DNA of 36,478 nucleotides from a virus: IMG/VR virus record IMGVR_UViG_3300045988_061221; one strand, written 5' to 3'. Position numbers and translations under genes: made by a program. Under the pieces are notes generated by a model. The model was not told where the DNA came from, did not search any database, and saw only the letters and a list, made by a program, of their open reading frames with translations. Position 1 is the stretch's first letter; each line of letters opens with the position of its first letter. Positions 7,399 through 16,170 of this stretch are shown piece by piece.

Positions 7399-7800
7399 TT
7401 AATACTCAATCAGCTCAACAGTAATCGGCTGATAGGTTATATCATTCTTTTCGGCATTCATTACAGTATATTCAATATCAGGAATATAAAAATAAGAGGT
7501 GTAATAGCTGTTCGTTTCATCGTTCCAATAAGTTACCCTGCACTTTCTCTGTAACTTATTCGCCATTGAGAGGTTGATAATCGACTGAAAATCAATCTTT
7601 TCGTCAAGATGAAGAATGTGAGTTGAAAACGAAATTTTTGTTTTGTAATTTGGCAGCGTTGCCCTTTGAAGCGTACCGTTCTGATCTCGTTCCGCAGAAG
7701 TTTCAAGTCGCTGATTCGGAGTTGATGAAAATGCGGTAATGTACTTATTCGGCATTATGTTGTTGCCGAATTTAAGCAAATAGCCGTTATAATTTGACAT
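7399..7800 (-). CDS. Distal tail protein (Dit-position), 133 aa
   Basis: Immediately follows the tape measure gene. ATG-7800 follows AAGGGGGG. The track start at 7860 overlaps the TMP. Confidence 0.5.
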   Translation of the reverse strand: MSNYNGYLLKFGNNIMPNKYITAFSSTPNQRLETSAERDQNGTLQRATLPNYKTKISFSTHILHLDEKIDFQSIINLSMANKLQRKCRVTYWNDETNSYYTSYFYIPDIEYTVMNAEKNDITYQPITVELIEY

Positions 7801-7813
7801 ATCATCCCCCCCT

Positions 7814-10735
7814 TTATGCAAATGCGGATTTACCGTTGTGTCTGCGTCTGTAAAGCTCATCCTGTCTTATCATTTCTTCAAAAAGCGTTGAACCCTCAAG
7901 CTCGGCAGTAAACGAATAAGTGTTGCCACCGTTATTGCGAAAGATAATGAACATTTCATAAATGCGTTTAAGCAGGTCAAGAATTTGTGTGAGAATCACT
8001 GTATCCTGACCGCCCGAATTGTCGAGCATACCCTGTAACTTGTTAAGAGGAGAAATAACCTCAGGGTTACCGCTGTTAGCACCTGCGTTATCGCCGACAA
8101 CCGCAAGTGTCGGAGCTTTAACAATACCGCCTTTTGCAAATTTTCGTGCCGGTGATTCCGTGGGTTCTTCAAATCTCGGAATGAGAGGCGGATTTTCAGG
8201 CATTGAAAAACTCCAATCCTGTCCAAAAGCCGCTCCGATAATACCGGCTATTCCGCCGATTGAATTAACAACACCCGAAACGAAATTATAAATACCTGTC
8301 CACAACGCATTTATGCCGTCAATGATAGCGTTTATAATAAACTTAAACACGGCACAAATGCCGTCCCAAATACCTTTGAAGAAGTCGTAGATACCCTGCC
8401 ATGCTTTTTTCCAATCGCCTGAGAAAACACCTGTAATGAAGTCAATAAGACCGCCGAATGTTTTCTGTATAGAGGTAATCAACCCACCGATAAATGTAAA
8501 CACATTATCAAACACCCTTTTTACGGCATTGAAAACATTCTGAAATATAGGTCCCCAAAAACTGACAAGCCAGTTTACAAACGGTGACAGGAAGTTATTC
8601 CACACGGTTGAAACACAGTCTGCAACCTTGCCGAAGAAGTTTATTGCACCCTCAAAAACAGGCTTCAGCCAGTTTTCCCAAGCTGATTTTACGATTGCTA
8701 CGATAAAATCCCACGCAGGCTTAATCCATTGATTGTAAACATTCATCAGGGTTGTGCCGATGTTGGTAAACATATTGCAGATATTCTGAAAAATCTGCTG
8801 TCCGTTGCCGTTCCACCAATTACTGATAATTGTTCCGATATCTCCGAAAATCTGACCGATAAAGTTAAACACATCTGCAAACTGCAATTGTAAATTTTCG
8901 AGAAATTCAGTGATTGTTGCACCGTCATTTTCAGTCCATTCCACAAGGCTTTCGGTTGCAGTTGAAAACGCACCCGAAACAACTTCGCCGACTGAGCCCG
9001 CAAAGGTTGTAAGATCGCTAAAAAGATTGGAAATTGATTCTTCCATTTGAGGGCGAACATTGTCAATTGCATTGCCTGCAAGTGTACCGAAATTATCAAA
9101 AAAGGTTGAAAGGTTGTTATAGCCGTTTGTAAGATTGTTGCCTATGGTATCGATAAAGCCGATAATCTTTTCCCTGTCTTTTGAGATCCACTTAGCAACA
9201 CCGCCTAAAATGGTCTGAAACGACTTTCCGCCGATTGTCGCAACCGCTCCGAATGCAGAGCCGATTGCCCCGAGTTTTGCAGAACCGACCTTTTGCATTG
9301 TGCCGAATGCCTTTTGAACTATGGGAACAGCATTATCAAAAACGGTCTTGCAGTTCTTGCCTATAGCTGACCAATCAACCTTGTTAATACCTTTCTGTAC
9401 ATTCTCGACAAAGCCTTTGAATCCGCTTTTTTCGTATAGATTTTTGAATGCCCCCGAAAGGTTTTTGCTTGTGTCCTTGACAACATTCTTTGCAACAGCT
9501 CCGCCTGATGAACCGCCTGAAGAGCTTTTTGATGAGGAGGTGTCTGACTTTGAAGATGAGCTGTCAGAGCTTGAAAGCACATTCAGCTTATCAAAGCCCG
9601 CAACACTTCTCTTTGCTTTTTCGGAACTTTTCTGAACATTATCAAGTGACTTTGAACTGTCATCTGCCGTATCCGTAAGGCTTTTGGCAGAATCGGACGC
9701 AGATTTGATATTGCTTGCGGTGTTGTTGCCTGTATCCCAGCCGAAGACCTTTGAGAGCGATTCAACCGCACCTTTGGCATATTCCGTTAAAGTCGCAAGT
9801 GCGGAACTCAACCGCTTTACAACCTGAGTTGCCACCTGAAGAATAGGCTGACCGACTACGGCAAGGAGCTGTTTCCAACTTTCTCTGAGGTTGCCCGTTA
9901 CATTCTCCCAACCGTCTGCTTCACGACTTGCCTGTCCCATAGCACCCGAAAGCTGATTAGCGTCCTTAACCATTTGCAAAAGCGTGAGCTGTTTCTGCGA
10001 TTCCGACAAATCCGTAAATGACTTGCCATACAGCTTATTAGCCGCCGCATTTCGTGTGGTTTCAGTACAGGACAAACCGAGTGCGGCATCATTTTCAAAG
10101 TTACCTTTGAGGAATGATTTCAGGCTTTCTGCGGTGTCTTCAAGCGAACGGTCGTAATATGCGGCACTGTCGGCTGTTACCTGTAAAGCCTCCTGCATCA
10201 TTCCCAAAGCACTTGAACTGTCCATACCCGTAGTTTTTGCAAAGGCATAAATGCTTGTGCCGACACCCTGTAATCGGGTTTCAAGAATACCACTTTGATC
10301 GGCAACGCTCTGAATGGCTGATTCTGCCTGCGACTGCATTGTACCGAATGTCTGCTCAAACTGCGAATTTGCCGCATTGACTTCCGCAGCCGATTCAATG
10401 CACTGCTGACCGAACTCCTTGATTTTGGCAACGGAAAAGGCGGCAACCACAGCTGTACCGATTTTCTTAAACGAAGATGAAACCGAATTGCTTAACTGCT
10501 CACCGCTGCCTTTGATATTTGAAAATTCTTTCTCGGTTTTCTGAGAAACACCCTCTGCAACCTTTGAAAAGGACTGTTTCATATCCGTGCTTACATTTTC
10601 AAAATCTTTTGAAAGACTTGAAAATGCCGAATCAAACTTTTTTGTAATTGAATCGGAAATCTTATGCAATGTTTTTGAAATATCATCACCTGTCAGCCTG
10701 ACATCAAGCTCAATTTCACCCGCCTTTGTCGCCAT
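7814..10735 (-). CDS. Tape measure protein
   Basis: About 970 aa and helical, with a Ser-rich linker and W/F-periodic C-terminal repeats. Positioned after the chaperone genes. ATG-10735 follows AAGGAAG. Confidence 0.9.
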   Translation of the reverse strand: MATKAGEIELDVRLTGDDISKTLHKISDSITKKFDSAFSSLSKDFENVSTDMKQSFSKVAEGVSQKTEKEFSNIKGSGEQLSNSVSSSFKKIGTAVVAAFSVAKIKEFGQQCIESAAEVNAANSQFEQTFGTMQSQAESAIQSVADQSGILETRLQGVGTSIYAFAKTTGMDSSSALGMMQEALQVTADSAAYYDRSLEDTAESLKSFLKGNFENDAALGLSCTETTRNAAANKLYGKSFTDLSESQKQLTLLQMVKDANQLSGAMGQASREADGWENVTGNLRESWKQLLAVVGQPILQVATQVVKRLSSALATLTEYAKGAVESLSKVFGWDTGNNTASNIKSASDSAKSLTDTADDSSKSLDNVQKSSEKAKRSVAGFDKLNVLSSSDSSSSKSDTSSSKSSSGGSSGGAVAKNVVKDTSKNLSGAFKNLYEKSGFKGFVENVQKGINKVDWSAIGKNCKTVFDNAVPIVQKAFGTMQKVGSAKLGAIGSAFGAVATIGGKSFQTILGGVAKWISKDREKIIGFIDTIGNNLTNGYNNLSTFFDNFGTLAGNAIDNVRPQMEESISNLFSDLTTFAGSVGEVVSGAFSTATESLVEWTENDGATITEFLENLQLQFADVFNFIGQIFGDIGTIISNWWNGNGQQIFQNICNMFTNIGTTLMNVYNQWIKPAWDFIVAIVKSAWENWLKPVFEGAINFFGKVADCVSTVWNNFLSPFVNWLVSFWGPIFQNVFNAVKRVFDNVFTFIGGLITSIQKTFGGLIDFITGVFSGDWKKAWQGIYDFFKGIWDGICAVFKFIINAIIDGINALWTGIYNFVSGVVNSIGGIAGIIGAAFGQDWSFSMPENPPLIPRFEEPTESPARKFAKGGIVKAPTLAVVGDNAGANSGNPEVISPLNKLQGMLDNSGGQDTVILTQILDLLKRIYEMFIIFRNNGGNTYSFTAELEGSTLFEEMIRQDELYRRRHNGKSAFA

Positions 10736-10820
10736 ATTCACCACTTCCTTTCATTTTAGATTTTTTAAAAACAGGCATAAAAACAGCGCACACCGCTATG
10801 ATATACGCTTAAAAATTTTG

Positions 10821-10860
10821 CAAAAGAACAGCCACCCCATTTGGAGTGGCTTTTTGTTTT
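10821..10860. terminator. Terminator after the zinc-ribbon moron, before the TMP
   Basis: 8-bp stem GCCACUCC/GGGGUGGC (one G-U on the minus RNA) with T-rich flanks on both strands. Confidence 0.55.
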
Positions 10861-11575
10861 AGTTGTTGAGTTCGTAGTATTTGATGTCGATTTTCGGAAG
10901 TGACACATTGTTGCCCATTACGGTTTCATATGTATAGTCGCCGTCACAAGTTCCCCAGAATGTGATTACATCATCTTCAAGGAGTTTGTCCGCACCGTCA
11001 GGAATTTCTACAGTTGCGTAGATTGTATCAGTCCACAATGGTTCATCAAGATACTCATTTTCTTCTTTGGTTATATTGATTCTCAGGTCAACCGAATCGC
11101 CCCAGCCTTCCTGAACCTGAATAATCTGACCTTCAAACTTGTAGTCATTACCTTTGTACTTGTCAGGGTTTCTTGAAAGAGTTTTAAAGTCGACTGTTTT
11201 GCAACCGTCTTTAAATTCTTTTTCAACCTTCTTCGGGTCTTTAGTAGGCTTTTCTGTTGCAACTTCTTTTGTGGTCGGTGCTTCTGTCGCTTTTTCAGTT
11301 GCTTTTTCTGAACTCTGATTTGCAACAGTAGTTTCCTGCTTTGATTTGTTTGAACCGCTGTTACCGTTAATTGCACCGTTTACACCGCCAACAATCATAA
11401 TAGCAACAACGATAATAACCCAAAAATACCAACGCTTGTAAATTTTCTTCTTTGCATTTGCAGGATTTACGGTTGCCGAGGTTGAATCGTTTCCGCCAAA
11501 TCCTGCACCGCACTTGTCGCAAAATTTTGCATCGTCCTTTAATTCGTTTCCGCAATGTGGACATTTCATAAACAT
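10859..11575 (-). CDS. Zinc-ribbon / single-pass membrane protein with extracellular C-terminal domain (moron)
   Basis: CPHCGNELKDDAKFCDKCG zinc ribbon, one TM segment (WYFWVIIVVAIMIVGGV), a T/E/K-rich linker and a ~130-aa beta-rich domain. Confidence 0.8.
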   Translation of the reverse strand: MFMKCPHCGNELKDDAKFCDKCGAGFGGNDSTSATVNPANAKKKIYKRWYFWVIIVVAIMIVGGVNGAINGNSGSNKSKQETTVANQSSEKATEKATEAPTTKEVATEKPTKDPKKVEKEFKDGCKTVDFKTLSRNPDKYKGNDYKFEGQIIQVQEGWGDSVDLRINITKEENEYLDEPLWTDTIYATVEIPDGADKLLEDDVITFWGTCDGDYTYETVMGNNVSLPKIDIKYYELNN

Positions 11576-11610
11576 ACACTCTCCTTAATAAATTTGTTAG
11601 TGTATGTTAC

Positions 11611-11639
11611 ATTTTATCACTATATATTAACATTGTCAA
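11611..11639 (-). promoter_or_regulatory. Sigma-A-type promoter, TTGACA-17-TAAAAT, for the moron
   Basis: The -35 is the reverse complement of 11634-11639 and the -10 that of 11611-11616, with a 17-nt spacer. Confidence 0.6.
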
Positions 11640-11674
11640 GAATTTTGTAGATACAGCGAAAATTATGTACAAAT

Positions 11675-11959
11675 TTACAGATTAGCGAAGAAGTCTTGAA
11701 ATTCTGCAAGAACGGTGTTCATATCTTCGTCTGAATAGTGCTTTACATTCCTTGACCGCCATTTGTTGCGGATTTTATGCTGTGACGAAGTAAAGTTTTT
11801 CAAGACTTCTTTGTCGGTTTCAAGGCGAATTTGAACCGTTCTTGCAAGCGGTGTTTCGGGTCCTAAGCCTTGCAGAAGTGAGCAGAACTCATTCCAACTC
11901 ATTTTAGCAAAATCCTTTGAATAAATGCTGACCCCATACTCCGAGCGAAAGCTCGACAC
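11675..11959 (-). CDS. Tail assembly chaperone, T-like part (probably made as a G-T frameshift fusion)
   Basis: The motif SEYGVSIY...MSWNEFCSLLQGL...VQIR is typical of Gp15/gpT-like proteins. The frame stays open upstream to 12012. Confidence 0.6.
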   Translation of the reverse strand: MSSFRSEYGVSIYSKDFAKMSWNEFCSLLQGLGPETPLARTVQIRLETDKEVLKNFTSSQHKIRNKWRSRNVKHYSDEDMNTVLAEFQDFFANL

Positions 11960-11979
11960 GATTAAATCAAAGTCATCAA

Positions 11980-12297
11980 TCAGGTCGTAGCCGGGGTCTG
12001 AGCTTCCCCCTCGTCAGTCAAATCGCCTGTTGCAATTTTGGCAGATTCGCTGATAAGGGCGTTGAAATCGTGCATATTCAGTTTTAACTTTTCAATCTTT
12101 TCTCTCTCGGATTCATCAAAAAGAAGATGATACATTTCGATAACATCTTTACTTTTACCGTTGCCGTCCTCAAAAAGTGCCGCAACTTTGAGCATTGAAA
12201 CTGCGTCATTGTTGATTGCAAGGTCAACATTTTTAACTCTGACACTCGGCTTTTCCTCAAAATTAAGTTTGTCTGTAATATCAATTAACTTTGACAT
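11980..12297 (-). CDS. Tail assembly chaperone (gpG-like)
   Basis: Small acidic protein between the major tail protein and the T-like ORF. Confidence 0.6.
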   Translation of the reverse strand: MSKLIDITDKLNFEEKPSVRVKNVDLAINNDAVSMLKVAALFEDGNGKSKDVIEMYHLLFDESEREKIEKLKLNMHDFNALISESAKIATGDLTDEGEAQTPATT

Positions 12298-12319
12298 AAT
12301 CGTTCATTCCTTTCGTTTT

Positions 12320-12763
12320 TTAAGCGGCTGCTGTATATACGGGTTTGCCGTTTGACATAACTTCAAATTCAAGCGGAGCAACACCCGTACTTGCGCCTGC
12401 ACCATTTGATGTAACGGATACAACTGCATTTTTAAAGAGGACGGTTGCACCGTTGGGGAAGGTCCACATAAACGGAACTTCTACCTTTCTGCCGTTTTCA
12501 AATGACAATGCGGCAATCTGGTCGTTACCTGCGTCACCGATTGTACGCTTGCCCTTTACCGAAATTGTGATTGACTTTGCTGTCATAAGCCTTGACTTCC
12601 AGCCCTCGTTTTCAAAGGCTGTCCATTCCTCGACACCGTTGTCAAATGCAACGGAAAATTCTTCGCAGTTAGCAATATTTGTCGTGGCGGATTCTGTTCC
12701 TGCCTTGCCAACCGCAAACTGATTTTCATAGCATGGGAATACTCCCGATTCAACTTTTGCCAT
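12320..12763 (-). CDS. Major tail protein (phi13/TP901-1-like)
   Basis: ATG-12763 follows AAAGGAAG. Size, position and the block EGWKSRLMTAKSITISVKGKR fit this family. The track start at 12841 overlaps the upstream gene. Confidence 0.7.
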   Translation of the reverse strand: MAKVESGVFPCYENQFAVGKAGTESATTNIANCEEFSVAFDNGVEEWTAFENEGWKSRLMTAKSITISVKGKRTIGDAGNDQIAALSFENGRKVEVPFMWTFPNGATVLFKNAVVSVTSNGAGASTGVAPLEFEVMSNGKPVYTAAA

Positions 12764-12767
12764 AAAA

Positions 12768-13160
12768 TTACTTCCTTTCGTAATAAAATTTAACTTCAAT
12801 GACCTGCTCATACACACCCTTGTCGTCTGTTCCCACATCAACGGGTTCTTCCGTGAGCAGTTCGATTATATAGATTTTGTGTTCCTTAATTTCAACATTT
12901 TTAATGTCGTAAAGCGTTTCGTAAAGTCTGCGTGCAAACTCCTCGGTTTCTCTTGCGTTGTCGGTGTAATGGATAAGCAAAGACACGCTTATTGTATCGT
13001 AGGTGCTTTCACCGCCGATTGCCCTTGTGGGTGTTCCCGACTGCTTTAATGAATACACACCGATTGACCTGTCCTGCTTGTTGTCAAGTTTGCCGATGTA
13101 ATAATGCTCGGCTGAGGTAACGCTTTTGAGCCAATCTCTGATGTCCGATAAGTAAATCAA
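12768..13160 (-). CDS. Tail terminator / tail completion protein (start uncertain)
   Basis: Assigned by position. TTG-13160 overlaps the upstream stop (TTGA) and follows AAAGGAAG. The ORF is open to 13205. Confidence 0.45.
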   Translation of the reverse strand: MIYLSDIRDWLKSVTSAEHYYIGKLDNKQDRSIGVYSLKQSGTPTRAIGGESTYDTISVSLLIHYTDNARETEEFARRLYETLYDIKNVEIKEHKIYIIELLTEEPVDVGTDDKGVYEQVIEVKFYYERK

Positions 13161-13543
13161 AGTCCTGCTTCCTTTCTGTAAAATCTCACAAATGCCCGAC
13201 TGCAAAAATTCTGCCGTGTACCACCCTCAAGCCACGGAGCGAACCATTTACCGCCGGCGGCAATGTTTTCCTTACGGCTGAAATTATACTCGGGATGAAA
13301 ATACAACCGCCTTGCATACGGAGTGCTTGACACAATTTTAACCGTGCCGTTCCAACTCTGCGCACAATCTTCAAAGGTATTTTCGTTCTGAAGATTACCC
13401 GTATCAAACGGCATTACCTGCGTGTTTTTCACCTGTTTAAGAAGTGCGTCACCTGTCTGTTCAAGAGCCTGTTGCTTTGCCTTGTCAAGCTGTTTTACAA
13501 CAGGCATATTGAGTTTGATTTTTGATGATACTGAAAATCCCAT
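13157..13543 (-). CDS. HK97 gp10-like head-tail joining protein
   Basis: The block VMPFDTGNLQNE is typical of the HK97 gp10 family. Confidence 0.6.
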   Translation of the reverse strand: MGFSVSSKIKLNMPVVKQLDKAKQQALEQTGDALLKQVKNTQVMPFDTGNLQNENTFEDCAQSWNGTVKIVSSTPYARRLYFHPEYNFSRKENIAAGGKWFAPWLEGGTRQNFCSRAFVRFYRKEAGL

Positions 13544-13944
13544 TAAATCACATCCAATTCCGTAAAATTAACTTTGCCGTCGGGGTTGCGGTGTTTTGTA
13601 CCCTGTACGATGTTTCGTTTTACGCCGTCAAGGATTACAAAGCCACCGCTTAAAGTGGGGCTGTCGGGGGCAATATCGCCGTCAAAAAGCAAGACAGCCG
13701 ACACCTGAACAATTTTCTGCTCTTTGGTATAGACCGTCTTTGCCTTTGACTGCATATTACACAAGGCAGAGCCACCGTGCAGGGTTGCTGACGGGTACAA
13801 GCTGTCGGAGGGATACAGATTTTTGCATTCAAACACGGTCAAGGGTGCTCCGTCTTCGGTAACACCCTCACCGTAGATTGTGACCTCGACAGGAGTTTTG
13901 CAGAACTGCTTTTTTACAAGTGACGGAAATTTCACGGTTTTCAC
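13543..13944 (-). CDS. Head closure / head-tail adaptor protein
   Basis: Assigned by position and size only. Carries an LYPSDSLYPSATL motif. The start is GTG-13944 or GTG-13935. Confidence 0.45.
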   Translation of the reverse strand: MKTVKFPSLVKKQFCKTPVEVTIYGEGVTEDGAPLTVFECKNLYPSDSLYPSATLHGGSALCNMQSKAKTVYTKEQKIVQVSAVLLFDGDIAPDSPTLSGGFVILDGVKRNIVQGTKHRNPDGKVNFTELDVI

Positions 13945-13951
13945 GCACCTT

Positions 13952-14281
13952 TCAGATTGCAGGATAACAAAGTCCCGTTGATTTTAGCAACGCATAGAGG
14001 TCGGCAGGAATTGCCACTCCGCTGATACACATTAAGTTCCAGCTTGCACCAAATTCCATTGATGTGCCGTTGATTGAATAGCTTTTCAGATAGGAAGAAA
14101 TCATATCGGCATTTTCTTCTTCAAAAGCAGTAAGTCTGCTATGCACTCTGCCGATGATTCTCTTCTGCATTTCCGAAAGTTTTTCAAAATCAATGCGGTT
14201 AAAAGTTAGAACATCAATGTGTTCGGCAGAGATAACGCTGTTCTCATCTCCGCCCTGCTGTTCAATGTAATCGGCATACAT
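13952..14281 (-). CDS. Head-tail connector protein (gp6/YqbG-like)
   Basis: First small gene of the connector set after the capsid. The family call is tentative. Confidence 0.45.
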   Translation of the reverse strand: MYADYIEQQGGDENSVISAEHIDVLTFNRIDFEKLSEMQKRIIGRVHSRLTAFEEENADMISSYLKSYSINGTSMEFGASWNLMCISGVAIPADLYALLKSTGLCYPAI

Positions 14282-14285
14282 AGAT

Positions 14286-14516
14286 TTACTCCTTTGTGTC
14301 TGACTTGGTACTCTCTTTAAGTTTTTTGTTTTCGGCTTTGAGCTTTGAATTTTCTTTCTTCAAAGTATTGTAATCATCAACAGAAATTTTCTTGCCTAAT
14401 CCATATTCTTTGATTTTGCCGTTGTCATCCTGAATATCATAACCACGGGATACATAAGTCTTAGCTTCCTCGTCTGTGTTGACTGTATATGACTTATTGT
14501 CTTTGATTGCTTTCAT
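14286..14516 (-). CDS. Hypothetical Lys-rich coiled-coil protein (76 aa)
   Basis: Packed ORF after the major capsid gene. Confidence 0.45.
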   Translation of the reverse strand: MKAIKDNKSYTVNTDEEAKTYVSRGYDIQDDNGKIKEYGLGKKISVDDYNTLKKENSKLKAENKKLKESTKSDTKE

Positions 14517-14532
14517 TTTTTCTCACCTCGCT

Positions 14533-15426
14533 TTAAGCCTCGGCATGAATGATTACGCCCTGCTTCATAAGTTCGTCAATGGCAAAAGTACCATTAACTT
14601 TTCTGTTCTGATATATATAATTATCAGCTGTTCGGCTGTCAGAACCCGGAGTATAGACATTGATATATGAATACTTAACTCTTGACACCTGTGCTTCCGG
14701 GTCAATAAGAATATAGTCAATCTGCTTAGCTGAGCTGTCAGCAACACAACCGTTTGTAAAATCAAACAAAGACTTCATTCTTGAGCTTGGCACTTCTACA
14801 ATCTTATCAATATCATCAACGGAACGAACACGGCGGTCAATGCCCTTTGCGGAACTGATTTCAAGTGTTCTCTGAATACCCTCTGCATTCTTCAAAAGCT
14901 TTTTGTACTGTGGTGTCGCATAAAGAATAACCCTGTCGAGCGGTACACCCGCTTCGGCAAAAGCCTCAAGGTTATCGTCAAAATCTGCAAGCACATTCGC
15001 CGCAGTTAATGCAGTAGTTTTTACTGTTGCACCAACTCGCTTAGCCTCTGTATAAAGCTTGCTGTAAGTATAACAGTCGAGTTCAGGGATAGCCTGTGTT
15101 TTTTCAAAGCGTGTCTGAATATTTGCGATAGTCACTACCATATTTGTTTCGTCAACATCAATAGGGTCGATAGCAAACTCAATATCTCTGTCGTGGTCAA
15201 GGGTTTTGGTTTCGTAACCGTTTGAATATGTACCCAAATTAAAACCGCCTGCACCTCGTGTATGGTCTTTATAACCGCTGACCGAGAGTTTCGGAATTTT
15301 AATATCCTTACCGTTGATAATCTGAATGTCAGAGTTTGAGTGGTAAAGGTCATCGCAAGTAAGGGCTTGACCGTACAATTCTCTTAAAACATTACTGAAA
15401 ATAGTTGCGTATTCTAATACTGCCAT
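14533..15426 (-). CDS. Major capsid protein
   Basis: 297 aa, directly after the scaffold gene in the portal-MuF-scaffold-capsid order. Confidence 0.8.
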   Translation of the reverse strand: MAVLEYATIFSNVLRELYGQALTCDDLYHSNSDIQIINGKDIKIPKLSVSGYKDHTRGAGGFNLGTYSNGYETKTLDHDRDIEFAIDPIDVDETNMVVTIANIQTRFEKTQAIPELDCYTYSKLYTEAKRVGATVKTTALTAANVLADFDDNLEAFAEAGVPLDRVILYATPQYKKLLKNAEGIQRTLEISSAKGIDRRVRSVDDIDKIVEVPSSRMKSLFDFTNGCVADSSAKQIDYILIDPEAQVSRVKYSYINVYTPGSDSRTADNYIYQNRKVNGTFAIDELMKQGVIIHAEA

Positions 15427-15444
15427 AATTATTTACCTCTTTTC

Positions 15445-16029
15445 TTACTTTTTCGATTTGATGCCGAAAATTCCTCTTAAGGCATCTTCTGTTAAATTTT
15501 TGTCGCCGTTGCCGTCACCGCCGATTTTCTTAACTCCTGTGCCGTTCTCGGCAGGTTTGCCCTTGAGTGCGGGGATATCGTCAAGCACCTTTTTAACAGC
15601 CTCTGTCAGCTTTTCCGCATTGACCTTGCCGTCTGTCACAGCTTTTGAAAAGTCTGCAATTTTAAGCACATACGGAACGGTTGCAATGTCAACGCCCTGT
15701 TTTACGGCTTCGAGGGTTGCCGACTGGTTGACTTCTGCCATAAGCTTTGCGTTGTTTGCAGATTCAACTTCCGACTGCATTTTTGCAAAGTCGGGAGTGT
15801 TCTTAGCTTTCTGCTTTTTAAAAGCACCGATAGCCTCTTTCATCTCATCGGCTGACAATCCCTGCTCCTTAAAATATGACTTCAAAACGGTGTCCTCTGT
15901 CACGCTCTGTTTGCCTGTAATAAGGCTTGCGAGCTTGTCGTAATCAAAGACAGGAGCGTTTCCCTGTGGAGTTCCCTGCGGTGCAGGTGTCGGTTCATTG
16001 GGGGTTGGTGTTGGATTTGGTTCTGCCAT
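15445..16029 (-). CDS. Scaffolding protein (DUF4355-like)
   Basis: Pro/Thr-rich N-terminus, then a helical acidic/Lys-rich body. Located upstream of the capsid gene. Confidence 0.75.
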   Translation of the reverse strand: MAEPNPTPTPNEPTPAPQGTPQGNAPVFDYDKLASLITGKQSVTEDTVLKSYFKEQGLSADEMKEAIGAFKKQKAKNTPDFAKMQSEVESANNAKLMAEVNQSATLEAVKQGVDIATVPYVLKIADFSKAVTDGKVNAEKLTEAVKKVLDDIPALKGKPAENGTGVKKIGGDGNGDKNLTEDALRGIFGIKSKK

Positions 16030-16041
16030 TTTTTCATATCC

Positions 16042-16118
16042 TTTCAGTTTTTCGGGTGTCTCCCGTAATCAGTTTATAGAGTGTCTCTCTGTTTCAGTTT
16101 TGCACGGTGTCTCCCGTA
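16042..16118 (-). repeat. Three tandem ~25-nt units in the scaffold 5' leader
   Basis: On the minus strand TACGGGAGACACC-n2-4-AAAACTGAAA occurs twice (16118-16092 and 16067-16042), with a degenerate copy between them. Confidence 0.6.
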
Positions 16119-16136
16119 GTTTAATGTCTTCGGACA

Positions 16137-16170
16137 ATAAAAAAGCACCTTACATATTCGTAAAGTGCTT
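16137..16170 (-). terminator. Intrinsic terminator after the 66-aa gene
   Basis: 10-bp stem AAGCACUUUA/UAAGGUGCUU (G-U only on the minus RNA), followed by UUUUUUAUU. Confidence 0.6.

Noticed and set aside
9490-9590. Ser-rich repetitive stretch (SSSDSSSSKSDTSSSKSSSGGSSGG) within the TMP
   Set aside because: It is a low-complexity linker inside a continuous ORF, not a separate gene or DNA repeat element.
12345-12722. 125-aa plus-strand ORF
   Set aside because: It is a shadow of the major tail protein gene.
15458-15943. 161-aa plus-strand ORF
   Set aside because: It is a shadow of the scaffolding gene, with Ser/Leu/Ala-rich low-complexity composition and no SD.
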